Below, one piece after another: positions 1 to 8,888 of a DNA stretch of 64,000 nucleotides. Each line of letters begins with the position of its first letter. Position 1 is the stretch's first letter. A program made the translations under genes and the position numbers. The stretch comes from Thermoleophilia bacterium. GTDB lineage: Bacteria; Actinomycetota; Thermoleophilia; Solirubrobacterales; 70-9. Under the pieces are notes generated by a model, which saw only the letters and a program-made list of their open reading frames with translations, did no database searches and was not told where the DNA came from. Location of the stretch: positions 32,297 to 96,296 of the forward strand of contig JAENWT010000007.1 in NCBI GenBank assembly GCA_016650125.1. The letters run 5' to 3'.

Positions 1-121
1 GATGGACGACGCGGCAGGGACCGCACCAGGGAGCCCAGAAGTCGACCAGGACGTTGCCTTCGGCCTCGATCGCGTCAGCCTTGAATGTGGCGTCGGTTAC
101 TGGGGGGAGCTTGTCTGACAT
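1..121 (-). CDS. trxA: thioredoxin, N-terminal part (gene runs off the window edge)
   Basis: My reverse-strand translation from the ATG at 121 gives [39 protein letters not shown], with the canonical WCGPC active site. An AGGAG-like RBS lies just upstream. Confidence 0.85.
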   Translation of the reverse strand, partial: MSDKLPPVTDATFKADAIEAEGNVLVDFWAPWCGPCRVVH

Positions 122-257
122 CTCGGTCTCCTGTGGTCGGTGCGACTGGTCGATAAATCAAGTTATACGGGTACTATACTAAATGAAGTACGGCTCCACC
201 CGTGCCTGCGGCGGAACTGGTCTCAAGACCGTAACGCACCGGAGCGCTCGGCCGGAA

Positions 258-998
258 CTATTCAGGGCGATTCTTTCCGAAGCGCATCGCCGGAACCTTC
301 CAGGCGGCTTCTACGACGATCGAACCGCTCATCTTCGAGGTGCCCGCCTGGCGTTCGCGGAAGGTGATCGGCACTTCGATCACCGTGAAGCCGGCCTTGA
401 TCACGCGGTAGGTCATCTCGACCTGGAACGAATAACCAGAGGCCGCAACCTCGTCCAGCGGGATCGTCTCGAGGACCTTGCGGTGGAAGCACTTGAAGCC
501 GCCGGTCATGTCCTTGATGTCGGTTCCGAGGACGGTGCGCGAATACAGGCTGCCGCCGCGGCTGAGCAGGCGGCGGACGGTGCCCCATTCGGTGATGGCG
601 CCGCCGGGCACGTACCGCGAGCCGATCACCAGGTCGGCCAGCTCGGATGAGGCGATCAGGCGAGGCAGGTAAGCGGGGTCGTGGGAGAAGTCGGCGTCCA
701 TCTGGACGATCAGGTCGGCACCGCCGGCCAGCGCCACCTTGAAGCCGTTGATGTAGGCCGGGCCGAGTCCCTGCTTGACCGGGCGGTGAAGCACCTCGAC
801 CGAACTGTTCGCCGCCGCGATCTCATCAGCCAGGTCGCCGGTGCCGTCGGGCGAGTTGTCGTCGACGATCAGGATGCGGTCGCCGTCGGCCAGCTTCGGC
901 CCCAGCGCCTCGACCATCGCGCCGATGTTGTCGTACTCGTTGTACGTCGGCAGGATGACCCAGACGGGTCCACGGTCGGCAGGAGTCGGCGCGGGCAC
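258..998 (-). CDS. polyprenol-phosphate mannosyltransferase-like GT2 (Dpm1/Ppm1 type)
   Basis: 246 aa. Has the VWVILPTYNEYDNI start and the IVDDNSPDGT motif typical of soluble GT2 polyprenyl-P-sugar synthases. Confidence 0.8.
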   Translation of the reverse strand: MPAPTPADRGPVWVILPTYNEYDNIGAMVEALGPKLADGDRILIVDDNSPDGTGDLADEIAAANSSVEVLHRPVKQGLGPAYINGFKVALAGGADLIVQMDADFSHDPAYLPRLIASSELADLVIGSRYVPGGAITEWGTVRRLLSRGGSLYSRTVLGTDIKDMTGGFKCFHRKVLETIPLDEVAASGYSFQVEMTYRVIKAGFTVIEVPITFRERQAGTSKMSGSIVVEAAWKVPAMRFGKNRPE

Positions 999-1040
999 CG
1001 GCCGATGGTACCGGGGGCCGTCTGGCAGCCGGGGGCTTCT

Positions 1041-1928
1041 CTACTTCTTTCTGTAGAGGAAGCCGCCGATGTAGAAATTGAAGTGGTTGTCGATCGTGGC
1101 GTCCCAGTTGAGAAAGATCGGGCCGCCCGGGGTTCCGGCTGCCGCACCCGGGACCTCCGGTGTGTACCACTCGGTTTTCGGCGATTCGGTCCAGGGCGGG
1201 AGCTTGGCCGAATTGACGTAGAAGTTCGGCGACCTGTCGTTGGGGATCCAGCCGTGGAATTCCGGTCCGGGCTTCTTCGGATGCCCGACCTCGATGAAGT
1301 CCTGGGCCCAGAACTCGAAATCACGCCGGGTGGCGGACCGTCCCGTCCAGCGCACTGTTCCGAGTGCCCAGCAGCAATAGGGAACGCGGCCCTTGGTGAC
1401 CACGATTTTGCATTCTCCGCTCCACCCCGTGCCGAAGGTCGGGCACGCCTTGTCGTAGTAGTGGTCGTCGTCCTCGATCTTCATCTGGTCGAGGTGGCAG
1501 ATGTCGGCCAGGGACGGACAGGACGGATAGTCGCCCTGGCTGACCGGAATGCGCTTGCGCGCGCTGTCTCCGGCGCATCTCCCGGTCGCCGCCACCGAAG
1601 CGACCACGGTTCCCGAGCGCCCCTTGCGGCTCTTCAACGACCAGATGAAGCCGCTGTCGGTCTTGGTGGCGCGGTCGGAGCCGATAGCTCGCAGCTTCCC
1701 GCCCGGCAGTTTCTTGAACACTCGCACGCGGCGCCGTGTCTCGCACTTCTTGCGGCCGCTCTCGACGTATCCAAACAATCCGCGATTCGGCCAGATCTCG
1801 ATCGAGACCTCGGACTTGGCCTTGGACGCCGATAACGCAGCATCGAATGGCGACTGCGCGGAAGCGCTCGACGCGAAGGCCCATGCCAACAGAAACACAA
1901 CAACACCAGCAGCAGTCTTCCTAATCAC
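1041..1928 (-). CDS. secreted Cys-rich hypothetical protein
   Basis: Signal peptide MIRKTAAGVVVFLLAWAFASSASA with an AxA cleavage site. Many Cys and Trp residues. Co-directional with the GT2 gene downstream. No domain recognised. Confidence 0.55.
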   Translation of the reverse strand: MIRKTAAGVVVFLLAWAFASSASAQSPFDAALSASKAKSEVSIEIWPNRGLFGYVESGRKKCETRRRVRVFKKLPGGKLRAIGSDRATKTDSGFIWSLKSRKGRSGTVVASVAATGRCAGDSARKRIPVSQGDYPSCPSLADICHLDQMKIEDDDHYYDKACPTFGTGWSGECKIVVTKGRVPYCCWALGTVRWTGRSATRRDFEFWAQDFIEVGHPKKPGPEFHGWIPNDRSPNFYVNSAKLPPWTESPKTEWYTPEVPGAAAGTPGGPIFLNWDATIDNHFNFYIGGFLYRKK

Positions 1929-2037
1929 TTGATTCTCCCTGAACGGTGTTTGGTAAGTCCATTGACAGCATAAACCCGGAGGGCCGTCGAATGTCGCGGT
2001 TTCGGGGGTTCAGGCCCGGGGCATTTATGTTTAGGCA

Positions 2038-3765
2038 ATGACCAACCCCCAGATCGCCGCTGCCCTCGAAGAGCTGGCCGTGCTCTACGAACTCGACGGC
2101 GCCGACCGCTACCGGGTGCTGGCCTACGTCAACTCCGCCCGCACGATCCGGAACGAAGGCAGCTCGGTCGAGGAGATGGCCCGGAACGGGACGGTCACCA
2201 GCCTGCCCGGCGTCGGCAAGACGCTCGAAGAGAAGATCATCGCCCTGGTCGAGACCGGCGAGATCCCGGCCGCGGTCAAGCTCAAGGAGAAGCTGCCGCC
2301 AGGGCTGATCGAGATCAACCGCATCCCCGGCCTCGGCCCGAAGACGGTCCGCCGTCTCCACGAAGAGCTCGACGTTTCTTCACTCGACGACCTCAAGGCC
2401 GCCGCCGAATCCCAGGAAGTCCGGGCGATGAAAGGGCTCGGCCCGAAGCAGGAGACCAACATCCTCGAAGGCATCGAGCGGCTGCAGGCCGAGCCGAAAG
2501 GGCCGCAGAGGAAGAGGCTCGATGAGATCCTTCCGATCGCCGAAGAGCTGGTCGAGATCCTCCGCGAGCATCCAAGCTGCGACCTAGCCGAGATCGCCGG
2601 TTCGGCCCGCCGCCTGACCGACACCTGCAAGGACATCGACCTGATCGCCACTTCCGAATCGCCCAAGGAGCTGGCCGCCCACATCGCAGGGCACAAGGCG
2701 ATCGCCTCGGCCGGCAAACCGTCGGAGACCGGCGTAAAGCTCGAGACCCACACCGGGGTCGGGGTCGACGTGCGCATCGTCGCCCCGGACGCCTTCGGCA
2801 ACCTGCTCCAGCATTTTTCCGGCTCGGCCGCGCACAACGAAAAGCTGCGCGCACTCGCTGTCAAGGAGGGGCTGCACGTCTCCGAGAACGGCGTGCTCGA
2901 CGACAAGACCGGCAAGACCGACCGCTTCACCACCGAAGAAGAGGTCTACAAGCGGCTCGGCTACGACTACATCGAACCGGAACTGCGGGAACAGCGCGGG
3001 GAACTCGAAGCGGCGCGCGAAGGCAAACTGCCGGAGCTGGTCGAGATCGGCCAGATGAAAGGTGACCTCCACTGCCACACCACCCTCTCCGACGGCCGCA
3101 ACACGCTCGAGGAGATGGCCGCGGCCGCGCAACGGCTGGGTTACGAGTACCTGGCGATCACCGACCATTCGGCCAGCCATGGCTTCGGCGACAACGTGAC
3201 CCCGGACCGCCTCTGGCAGCGGATCGAGGAGATCAGCCGCTACAACGACCAGAACAACAAGACCAACGGCGACTTCCGCCTGCTTGCCGGCTCCGAGGTG
3301 AACATCGGGACCAAGGGCGAGCTCGACTACGAAGAGGACCTTCTCGACGCGCTCGACTGGGTGATCGCCTCGATCCACACCTCGTTCAGCAAGGACGAGA
3401 AGAAGATGACCAGCCGTCTGGTCACCGCGATCGAGAACCCGCTGGTCGACTGCATCGGCCACCCGACCGGTCGCCTGCTGAACAAGCGCGATCCTTACCC
3501 GCTGAACATCGAGTCGGTGATCTCGGCCGCCTACGAGAGCGGCACCCTTTTCGAGATCAACGGCAACCCCAATCGGCGTGACCTGAACGACGTGCACGCG
3601 CGCATGGCCGCCGACGCCGGGGTCGGCATCGTGCTGAACACCGACGCCCATGGCACCGAGACGCTCGCCTACATGGAGTACGCGATCGCCACCGCCCGCC
3701 GCGCCTGGCTGGGACCGGACCAGATCCTCAACACCGGCGAGTGGTGGAAGGACTCCGACGAATGA
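2038..3765 (+). CDS. polX: DNA polymerase X family protein with C-terminal PHP phosphoesterase domain
   Basis: 575 aa. HhH motifs (LPGVGKT, IPGLGPKT), the Pol-beta nucleotidyltransferase motif GSARRLTDTCKDIDLI, and the PHP motif GDLHCHTTLSDG. Confidence 0.9.
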   Translation: MTNPQIAAALEELAVLYELDGADRYRVLAYVNSARTIRNEGSSVEEMARNGTVTSLPGVGKTLEEKIIALVETGEIPAAVKLKEKLPPGLIEINRIPGLGPKTVRRLHEELDVSSLDDLKAAAESQEVRAMKGLGPKQETNILEGIERLQAEPKGPQRKRLDEILPIAEELVEILREHPSCDLAEIAGSARRLTDTCKDIDLIATSESPKELAAHIAGHKAIASAGKPSETGVKLETHTGVGVDVRIVAPDAFGNLLQHFSGSAAHNEKLRALAVKEGLHVSENGVLDDKTGKTDRFTTEEEVYKRLGYDYIEPELREQRGELEAAREGKLPELVEIGQMKGDLHCHTTLSDGRNTLEEMAAAAQRLGYEYLAITDHSASHGFGDNVTPDRLWQRIEEISRYNDQNNKTNGDFRLLAGSEVNIGTKGELDYEEDLLDALDWVIASIHTSFSKDEKKMTSRLVTAIENPLVDCIGHPTGRLLNKRDPYPLNIESVISAAYESGTLFEINGNPNRRDLNDVHARMAADAGVGIVLNTDAHGTETLAYMEYAIATARRAWLGPDQILNTGEWWKDSDE

Positions 3766-3825
3766 AGTGACCCGGATCGAGGCCATCTCATGGCCCTGAA
3801 TCCGGTCACTTCATTCAGTTGACTC

Positions 3826-4338
3826 TCAGAAGGCCCGGAAGCCCGGGGTCCGGACCAGCTTCACCGGCTTGAATGGCGAGCCGGGCTCGACCAGGAAGCG
3901 CACGCCGTCGCGCTGCTCGATTGCCAGCACCGCGCTCTCGCGGTTCCGCCAGGCGAGGGCCACCAGGAGGGCGAAGCCGCTGCCGATCACCGCGATCTCC
4001 GGGAAGGGGATGCCGAGTCCGCCGGCCGTGGCGACGGCGGCGAGGATCGGCCAGAGCCGGCCCCAGGCGATCCGCCCCGGCTCCTCCAGAGGAGCCTGCT
4101 TGCCGCCGGCAGTGACCGACCTCGAATTGGCCAGGACCTCGCGCATCGACACGGCGGTCTTCTTCGACTCGCCCATCGAGAGGCCGATCCAGGCGGCGGT
4201 GATCCACCAGACCGCGCCGACGATCAGGATCGTCGAGTTGTAGTCGCGCTGGGCGCCGATCACGGCGATCGCCGCCAGTGCGGTCGCGCCGCCGGCAGAG
4301 AGAAAGATGGTTGAGCGCAGTAGCTCGGCGAAAGGCAT
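3826..4338 (-). CDS. integral membrane protein, unknown function
   Basis: 170 aa with about 4 hydrophobic helices. The ATG directly abuts the otsB stop (TGAATG), implying co-transcription. Confidence 0.55.
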   Translation of the reverse strand: MPFAELLRSTIFLSAGGATALAAIAVIGAQRDYNSTILIVGAVWWITAAWIGLSMGESKKTAVSMREVLANSRSVTAGGKQAPLEEPGRIAWGRLWPILAAVATAGGLGIPFPEIAVIGSGFALLVALAWRNRESAVLAIEQRDGVRFLVEPGSPFKPVKLVRTPGFRAF

Positions 4339-5133
4339 TCAGCCCGCCAGGGCGGCCAGGTCCTCGATCATGTCGATCCACTCTTCGGGTCCGCCGACCA
4401 CGAAGTCGGCGATCTCGATCAGCTCCGGCGGGCCTTCGTCGGAGTCGACCGCAACGATGAAGAGGTTCTTGATCTCGCCGTCGGCCTTCATCCGCTGCAG
4501 TCGGCGCACCGCGTCGAGGTCGGTCCGGTCGTCCCCGGCAAAGACCATGTTCTCGATCTTCCAGCCGGTGATCATCTCGGACGCCGCCCCGGCCTTGCCT
4601 TCCATGTCGGGCGGGCGCAGCTCCATGACCTTGCGGCCCCAGTGGGTGTCGAGCCCGGCACTCTCGGCGTGATCCGCGATCTCCCGCACGAACTTCTCGG
4701 TCCGCTCCCCGGCGCCGCGCCAGTGAAGCGCCTGGATCGGGCCCTTGTCCTCGAGCCGGATCTTGGCCGCGACCCAGAAGGGGTTGTCGTGTTCGGCCAC
4801 AAAGCGCTTTGCGTGATCGGCCTCATCGCCTTCGAGCATCAGGCGGGGATCGTCGTGGCCGGGACTGAGCAGTTCGAGCCCGTGGTTACCGAAGTAGACG
4901 ACGTTGTCGGCGCCGACCATCCTGCGCGCGGTCAGCGCGGGCCGGCCGGAGATGCAGGCGACCATGGCCAGCTTGTGGCTCAGAGCCTCGAGTGTCCTGC
5001 GGGCCCGGTCGGGGACCTTCGCTTTTTCGGGGCGATCGACGATGCGGCAGAGCGTTCCGTCGATATCGGTCGTCAACGCCGACACCTTGGGTTCGTCGAG
5101 AAGGAATGCGAGGGGGGAGTCTGAGCTGCTCAT
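4339..5133 (-). CDS. otsB: trehalose-6-phosphate phosphatase (HAD superfamily)
   Basis: 264 aa. HAD motif I TDIDGTL, the ISGR and GNHG segments, and the GDDRTD motif IV match the OtsB pattern. Confidence 0.75.
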   Translation of the reverse strand: MSSSDSPLAFLLDEPKVSALTTDIDGTLCRIVDRPEKAKVPDRARRTLEALSHKLAMVACISGRPALTARRMVGADNVVYFGNHGLELLSPGHDDPRLMLEGDEADHAKRFVAEHDNPFWVAAKIRLEDKGPIQALHWRGAGERTEKFVREIADHAESAGLDTHWGRKVMELRPPDMEGKAGAASEMITGWKIENMVFAGDDRTDLDAVRRLQRMKADGEIKNLFIVAVDSDEGPPELIEIADFVVGGPEEWIDMIEDLAALAG

Positions 5134-5151
5134 GGTCGTATTATCGCCGGG

Positions 5152-5517
5152 ATGGATTCCCGCCGGATATGGAGCTTAGCTGCGGTGGGCACCGTTGCCG
5201 GTGCCTTCAGTGGCCTGTTCGGTGTCGGGGGTGGAACGGTGATCGTTCCGATGCTGATCGCGTTCTACGCGTACGGCGAGCGCATGGCCACCGGAACCAG
5301 CCTCGCGGCGATCATCGTGATCGCCCTGCTGGCCGCCGGGATGCAGGGCGGGATCTACGGGAACGTCGACGTCGAGACCGGCCTGATCCTGGTCGGGCCG
5401 GCGATCGTCGGTGTCATCGTCGGCACCGCCGTCCAACAGCGCATCCCGGAAAAAGCCGTCTCCTTCCTCTTTGCCCTGCTCCTGATCGGCGTTGCTATCT
5501 ACATGCTGGTGCCCTGA
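5152..5517 (+). CDS. TauE/SafE-family anion exporter, half-size subunit A
   Basis: 121 aa with about 4 TM helices. Contains the family motif GLFGVGGGTVIVP. Its stop overlaps the next start (TGATG). Confidence 0.7.
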   Translation: MDSRRIWSLAAVGTVAGAFSGLFGVGGGTVIVPMLIAFYAYGERMATGTSLAAIIVIALLAAGMQGGIYGNVDVETGLILVGPAIVGVIVGTAVQQRIPEKAVSFLFALLLIGVAIYMLVP

Positions 5518-5939
5518 TGGATCTCGCGATCGCCGCAATCCTCTGCTGTATCGGTGGGATCGTTGCCGGCCTGATCGGGGTCGGTGGCGGCATCATCTTC
5601 GTGCCGGCGATGACCATCGTCCTCTCCAAGGGCCAGGTCGAGGCCGAGTCGACCTCACTGCTGATGATCGCCCTGGTCTCGGTGATCGGGACCTGGCGCC
5701 AGCGGAGCTACGGCAACGTCAACTTCAAGGACGCCGCGGTGATCGGCCTGCTTTCCCCGGTCGGCGTGCTGGTCGGGGTCGTGGTCGCCAACGCCGTGCC
5801 CGAAAGGGCGCTGAAGATCGGCTTCGCGATACTGGCCCTCTACATGGCCTGGCGCCTGCTGAAACGCGTCTTCAAAGCCGAGGACCCGCCACCGCCGCTG
5901 GACACGGCCGCACCCGGCCCGGGCGCGACGGGACCGTGA
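5517..5939 (+). CDS. TauE/SafE-family anion exporter, half-size subunit B
   Basis: Internal ATG at 5517 of track ORF 4992..5939. MDLAIAAILCCIGGIVAGLIGVGGGIIFVP repeats the motif of subunit A. About 4 TM helices. Confidence 0.7.
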   Translation: MDLAIAAILCCIGGIVAGLIGVGGGIIFVPAMTIVLSKGQVEAESTSLLMIALVSVIGTWRQRSYGNVNFKDAAVIGLLSPVGVLVGVVVANAVPERALKIGFAILALYMAWRLLKRVFKAEDPPPPLDTAAPGPGATGP

Positions 5940-6352
5940 AGACCGGGATCCGCCCGCGGGGTGGCCCCTTCATCCCGGTCAGCGAGATCCTGCTGCGGGC
6001 CTCCCGCTCGTCCGGTCCTGGCGGCCAGCACGCCAACGTCACGGCATCGAGGATCGAAGCGGTCTTCGACGTCGCCGCCTCGCTCGTGCTCAGCCCTGCC
6101 CAGAAAGCGAGGATCGAGCGGAAGATCGGTTCTCCGGTCACCGCGATCGCCCAGGACGCGCGCTCCCAGGCACGCAACCGCGACCTGGCGCTGGAGCGGC
6201 TCGAGGAAAAGCTCGGCCGGGCCCTCGAAGTGCCGAAGGCGAGACGCCCCACGAGACCTTCCCGCAATTCCCGCAATAAACGTCTCACTTCCAAGAAAGC
6301 GCGATCACAGCTGAAGAAAGACCGCCGCCGACCGGGTCCGGAAGAGCACTGA
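5936..6352 (+). CDS. arfB: alternative ribosome-rescue factor ArfB (peptidyl-tRNA hydrolase, class I RF domain)
   Basis: 138 aa from the GTG at 5936, which overlaps the upstream stop (GTGA). Has the GGQ motif (SSGPGGQHANV) and a basic C-terminal tail (KRLTSKKARSQLKKDRRR). Confidence 0.8.
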   Translation: MKTGIRPRGGPFIPVSEILLRASRSSGPGGQHANVTASRIEAVFDVAASLVLSPAQKARIERKIGSPVTAIAQDARSQARNRDLALERLEEKLGRALEVPKARRPTRPSRNSRNKRLTSKKARSQLKKDRRRPGPEEH

Positions 6353-6459
6353 CGTCAGATTCACCCGGTTCCGTCTGACCCTTGATCCATCCTGAAGGTT
6401 GAACTTGGAAATACGAACGCTGTAGCGCCGGGGCGTCCTGGTGTCGGAAGGTAGATGAA

Positions 6460-7794
6460 TTGATGATCGTTGTTGGATTAGCCATAGGAGTACTACTGGG
6501 AGCGCTCGCCGTCTACGCGTACCTGTCACGCAGTCACGCCGATGACACCGCCGAGCTGAAGTCCGCGCGGACGGAGGTCAAGACGATCGAGATCCAGCTC
6601 GAGACCCAGGCCGACAGCTACGAGCGCCAGCTGGAGTCTCTGCGGACAGACGAAAAGCGCATGTCAGATGCGATGACAGCGATCTCCAACGACGTCCTTC
6701 AGAAGACCTCCAAACAACTTGCGTCGGACCTGACAGAACGACGGAAGCTGGAGCAGGAGCAATCAAGAAACGAGCTCGAAAAACGAACCACTGAGATCAA
6801 GACGGCGGTCACACCGGTGACGGAGAAACTCTCCGAGATGCAGAAGAAGGTCGAGGAACTCGAGAAGGAGCGCGCGAAGGCTCACACCGAACTTGGTCAG
6901 CAGATCAATTTCCTGAAAGAAGGCGTAGGCGACCTGGCAGACCAGGCTGGTGGGCTCACCGCCGCTCTCAGAAAGCCTGCGGGAAGGGGCTCCTGGGGAG
7001 AACTTCAGCTTCGCAACGTCATTGAGATGTCCGGCATGCTCGAGCACTGCGACTTCGAGACCCAGGTCACGGTTCACGACGACGGTTCCCGCCTTCGTCC
7101 CGACGTCGTAATCAACATGCCAGGTGGGCGCAACGTAGTGGTCGACGCCAAGGTCCCAATGGAGGCTTTCCTTCAGGCCCAGGAAGAGGCGGATGACGAT
7201 ACCCGGGACGCCTTTTACGCCAAGCATGCTCAGCAGGTGCGAAATCACGTGTCAGCGCTTCGTAAAAAGGATTACCAGGCCCAGTTCGATCAAAGTCCGG
7301 ATCTCGTGATCATGTTTGTGCCGAGCGAAGGCATCTACCATTCGGCACTTGCCCAGGATTCAACCCTGCTTCAGTACGGACTCTCGGAGAAGGTCCTCAT
7401 CGCGACTCCGACCACGCTGATCGGCATCCTTCAGGCGATCAACTACGGCTGGGGTCAGGACCAGATTGCCCGGTCGGCCCAGGAGATCGCCGATGCCGGA
7501 CGGGAGCTGCACAAGCGGATCGCCACCTTCGCCGAACCGCTGGCAAAGGTCGGCAAGTCGCTCGACTCGGCCGCGGCGAACTACAACAAGGCAATCGGGT
7601 CCTACGAGCGGATGGTCGTTCCCCAGTTGAGGAAGATCGAAGCGGCCGGCGCCAAGTCCGCCAAGGAAATAGAACCCACGGTCTCAGTTGATACGACAAC
7701 CCGCGAGATCACGGTCGAGGCGACCGAGGTCGAAGACGAGTCGGTGACGGAGATCCCGATCATCGGCGAGAAAAGGAACCGCGACGCGGCCTAG
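6460..7794 (+). CDS. rmuC: DNA recombination protein RmuC
   Basis: 444 aa. N-terminal TM helix, a long coiled coil and a C-terminal nuclease-like domain (VVVDAKVP...VIMFVPSEG). TTG at 6460 is followed by ATG at 6463. Confidence 0.85.
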   Translation: MMIVVGLAIGVLLGALAVYAYLSRSHADDTAELKSARTEVKTIEIQLETQADSYERQLESLRTDEKRMSDAMTAISNDVLQKTSKQLASDLTERRKLEQEQSRNELEKRTTEIKTAVTPVTEKLSEMQKKVEELEKERAKAHTELGQQINFLKEGVGDLADQAGGLTAALRKPAGRGSWGELQLRNVIEMSGMLEHCDFETQVTVHDDGSRLRPDVVINMPGGRNVVVDAKVPMEAFLQAQEEADDDTRDAFYAKHAQQVRNHVSALRKKDYQAQFDQSPDLVIMFVPSEGIYHSALAQDSTLLQYGLSEKVLIATPTTLIGILQAINYGWGQDQIARSAQEIADAGRELHKRIATFAEPLAKVGKSLDSAAANYNKAIGSYERMVVPQLRKIEAAGAKSAKEIEPTVSVDTTTREITVEATEVEDESVTEIPIIGEKRNRDAA

Positions 7795-7973
7795 CTGCGT
7801 CCGGGTGCGTAACTAATCGGCTTCACGAGGTGAGTCTGGTCTGTGGTCTTGCTTGGTGCCGACGTGTCTGCGTCCGATCGGCCTGGCGTGAGTCCGAGCA
7901 CCAATAGCAACACCATCGCCATCGCCACCACAAATCCGCCGATACCGCTCCTGCTCCGGCTGTGAGTGTTCAT
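7791..7973 (-). CDS. small ORF with signal-peptide-like N-terminus (possible remnant)
   Basis: 60 aa. The N-terminus MNTHSRSRSGIGGFVVAMAMVLLLVLGL mirrors the signal peptide of the adjacent gene 8047..8856. No other support. Confidence 0.3.
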   Translation of the reverse strand: MNTHSRSRSGIGGFVVAMAMVLLLVLGLTPGRSDADTSAPSKTTDQTHLVKPISYAPGRS

Positions 7974-8046
7974 ACGAACAGGCTACGCCCGTCCAGGCCA
8001 TAAATGTGGTTTTTTAGTTAATGGTTAATGGCGACCGGACGCCGCC

Positions 8047-8856
8047 TCAGACGCGCCTGAAGCTGTGCTTCACGATCGGTCCGAGCTTGCCGTCGCTGCC
8101 GACCGCGCGCACCCGGAAGGTGTGCTTGCCCTTCGCCACCCGGTAGCGCTTCGGTGAATCACAACTCTTCCACGCTCCGGAGTCGAGTCGGCACATGAAG
8201 CTGGTCGAGCCCTTCGAACCAAAGGTGAACTTCACGCGTTTGCCCGAGGTTCGACCGGAGGGGCCAGTGCGGATCTTCGTCGTGAGCTCCCGGAAAGTCG
8301 GCGGCGGGCCATCGCTCACCTTGATCGAGTTCGACATGACCGGAGCCTCTTCGGTGTTGGTCCAGACCGCTACCCGGAAGGATCCGATCGGCCCCACCTG
8401 CGCCATCGTGCCCACTTCTCCGAACTCGGCGAGCACCGAAGTGCCGGGCGAGAGCGGTGGATACAGAGTTTCGAAGACCTTTGCCCTGATGATCCGCCCG
8501 TCATCGAGTACGTCGAAGTCCGAGCCCCGCTGCTCGTACTTGTGCTGGCCGATCTCGAACCCCCACTGGCTGGCGTTGCTGAACTTCGTCCCGTCCGGTC
8601 CCTTGACGTAGATCCGGTCCCCGGCCGAGAACTGGCGGTTTACAGTGAACCGGAGCGAGATGGCAAACGGGGTATTCGCCTGGATCGTGTCGGTGTCCGC
8701 GCAGAAGGACGACGTGGGCACGCAGGCGTAGAGCTTGATGCCCGACAGATCGGCTTGGGCCTTTCCGGGCAATAGCGCGAGCACCGCGAGCATCACCACC
8801 ATCCCCATAATCGCTGTCGCACCAATACCCCTGCCAAGCATTCCCCGAGAGTTCAT
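8047..8856 (-). CDS. secreted Ig-like domain protein
   Basis: Start taken at the internal ATG (MNSRGMLGRGIGATAIMGMVVMLAVLALLPGKAQA), because the longer ORF overlaps the next gene. The C-terminal FTF..F.C.LD..W..C.SP...GKHTF.VRA.. pattern resembles an Ig-like repeat. Confidence 0.65.
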   Translation of the reverse strand: MNSRGMLGRGIGATAIMGMVVMLAVLALLPGKAQADLSGIKLYACVPTSSFCADTDTIQANTPFAISLRFTVNRQFSAGDRIYVKGPDGTKFSNASQWGFEIGQHKYEQRGSDFDVLDDGRIIRAKVFETLYPPLSPGTSVLAEFGEVGTMAQVGPIGSFRVAVWTNTEEAPVMSNSIKVSDGPPPTFRELTTKIRTGPSGRTSGKRVKFTFGSKGSTSFMCRLDSGAWKSCDSPKRYRVAKGKHTFRVRAVGSDGKLGPIVKHSFRRV

Positions 8857-8888
8857 ATGACCAGCGTACATCCAGCTGCACCGAGGAT

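Noticed and set aside
681-1835. 384-aa ORF on the plus strand, plus similar long ORFs at 2584..3786, 12339..13457, 18463..19866, 32564..33736, 36192..37574, 37781..38689, 41322..42494, 43396..44478 and 59556..60713
   Set aside because: All lie antisense to genes with clear domain signatures. Their translations are dominated by Arg, Ala, Gly, Pro and Asp runs typical of off-frame reading in high-GC DNA. No motifs were recognised.
4992-5516. Long N-terminal extensions of track ORFs 4992..5939 and 5492..6352
   Set aside because: The upstream parts overlap otsB (antisense) or the TauE halves (out of frame) and are Arg/Gly-rich. Internal starts at 5517 and 5936 give proteins beginning at the recognisable domains, with classic overlap coupling.
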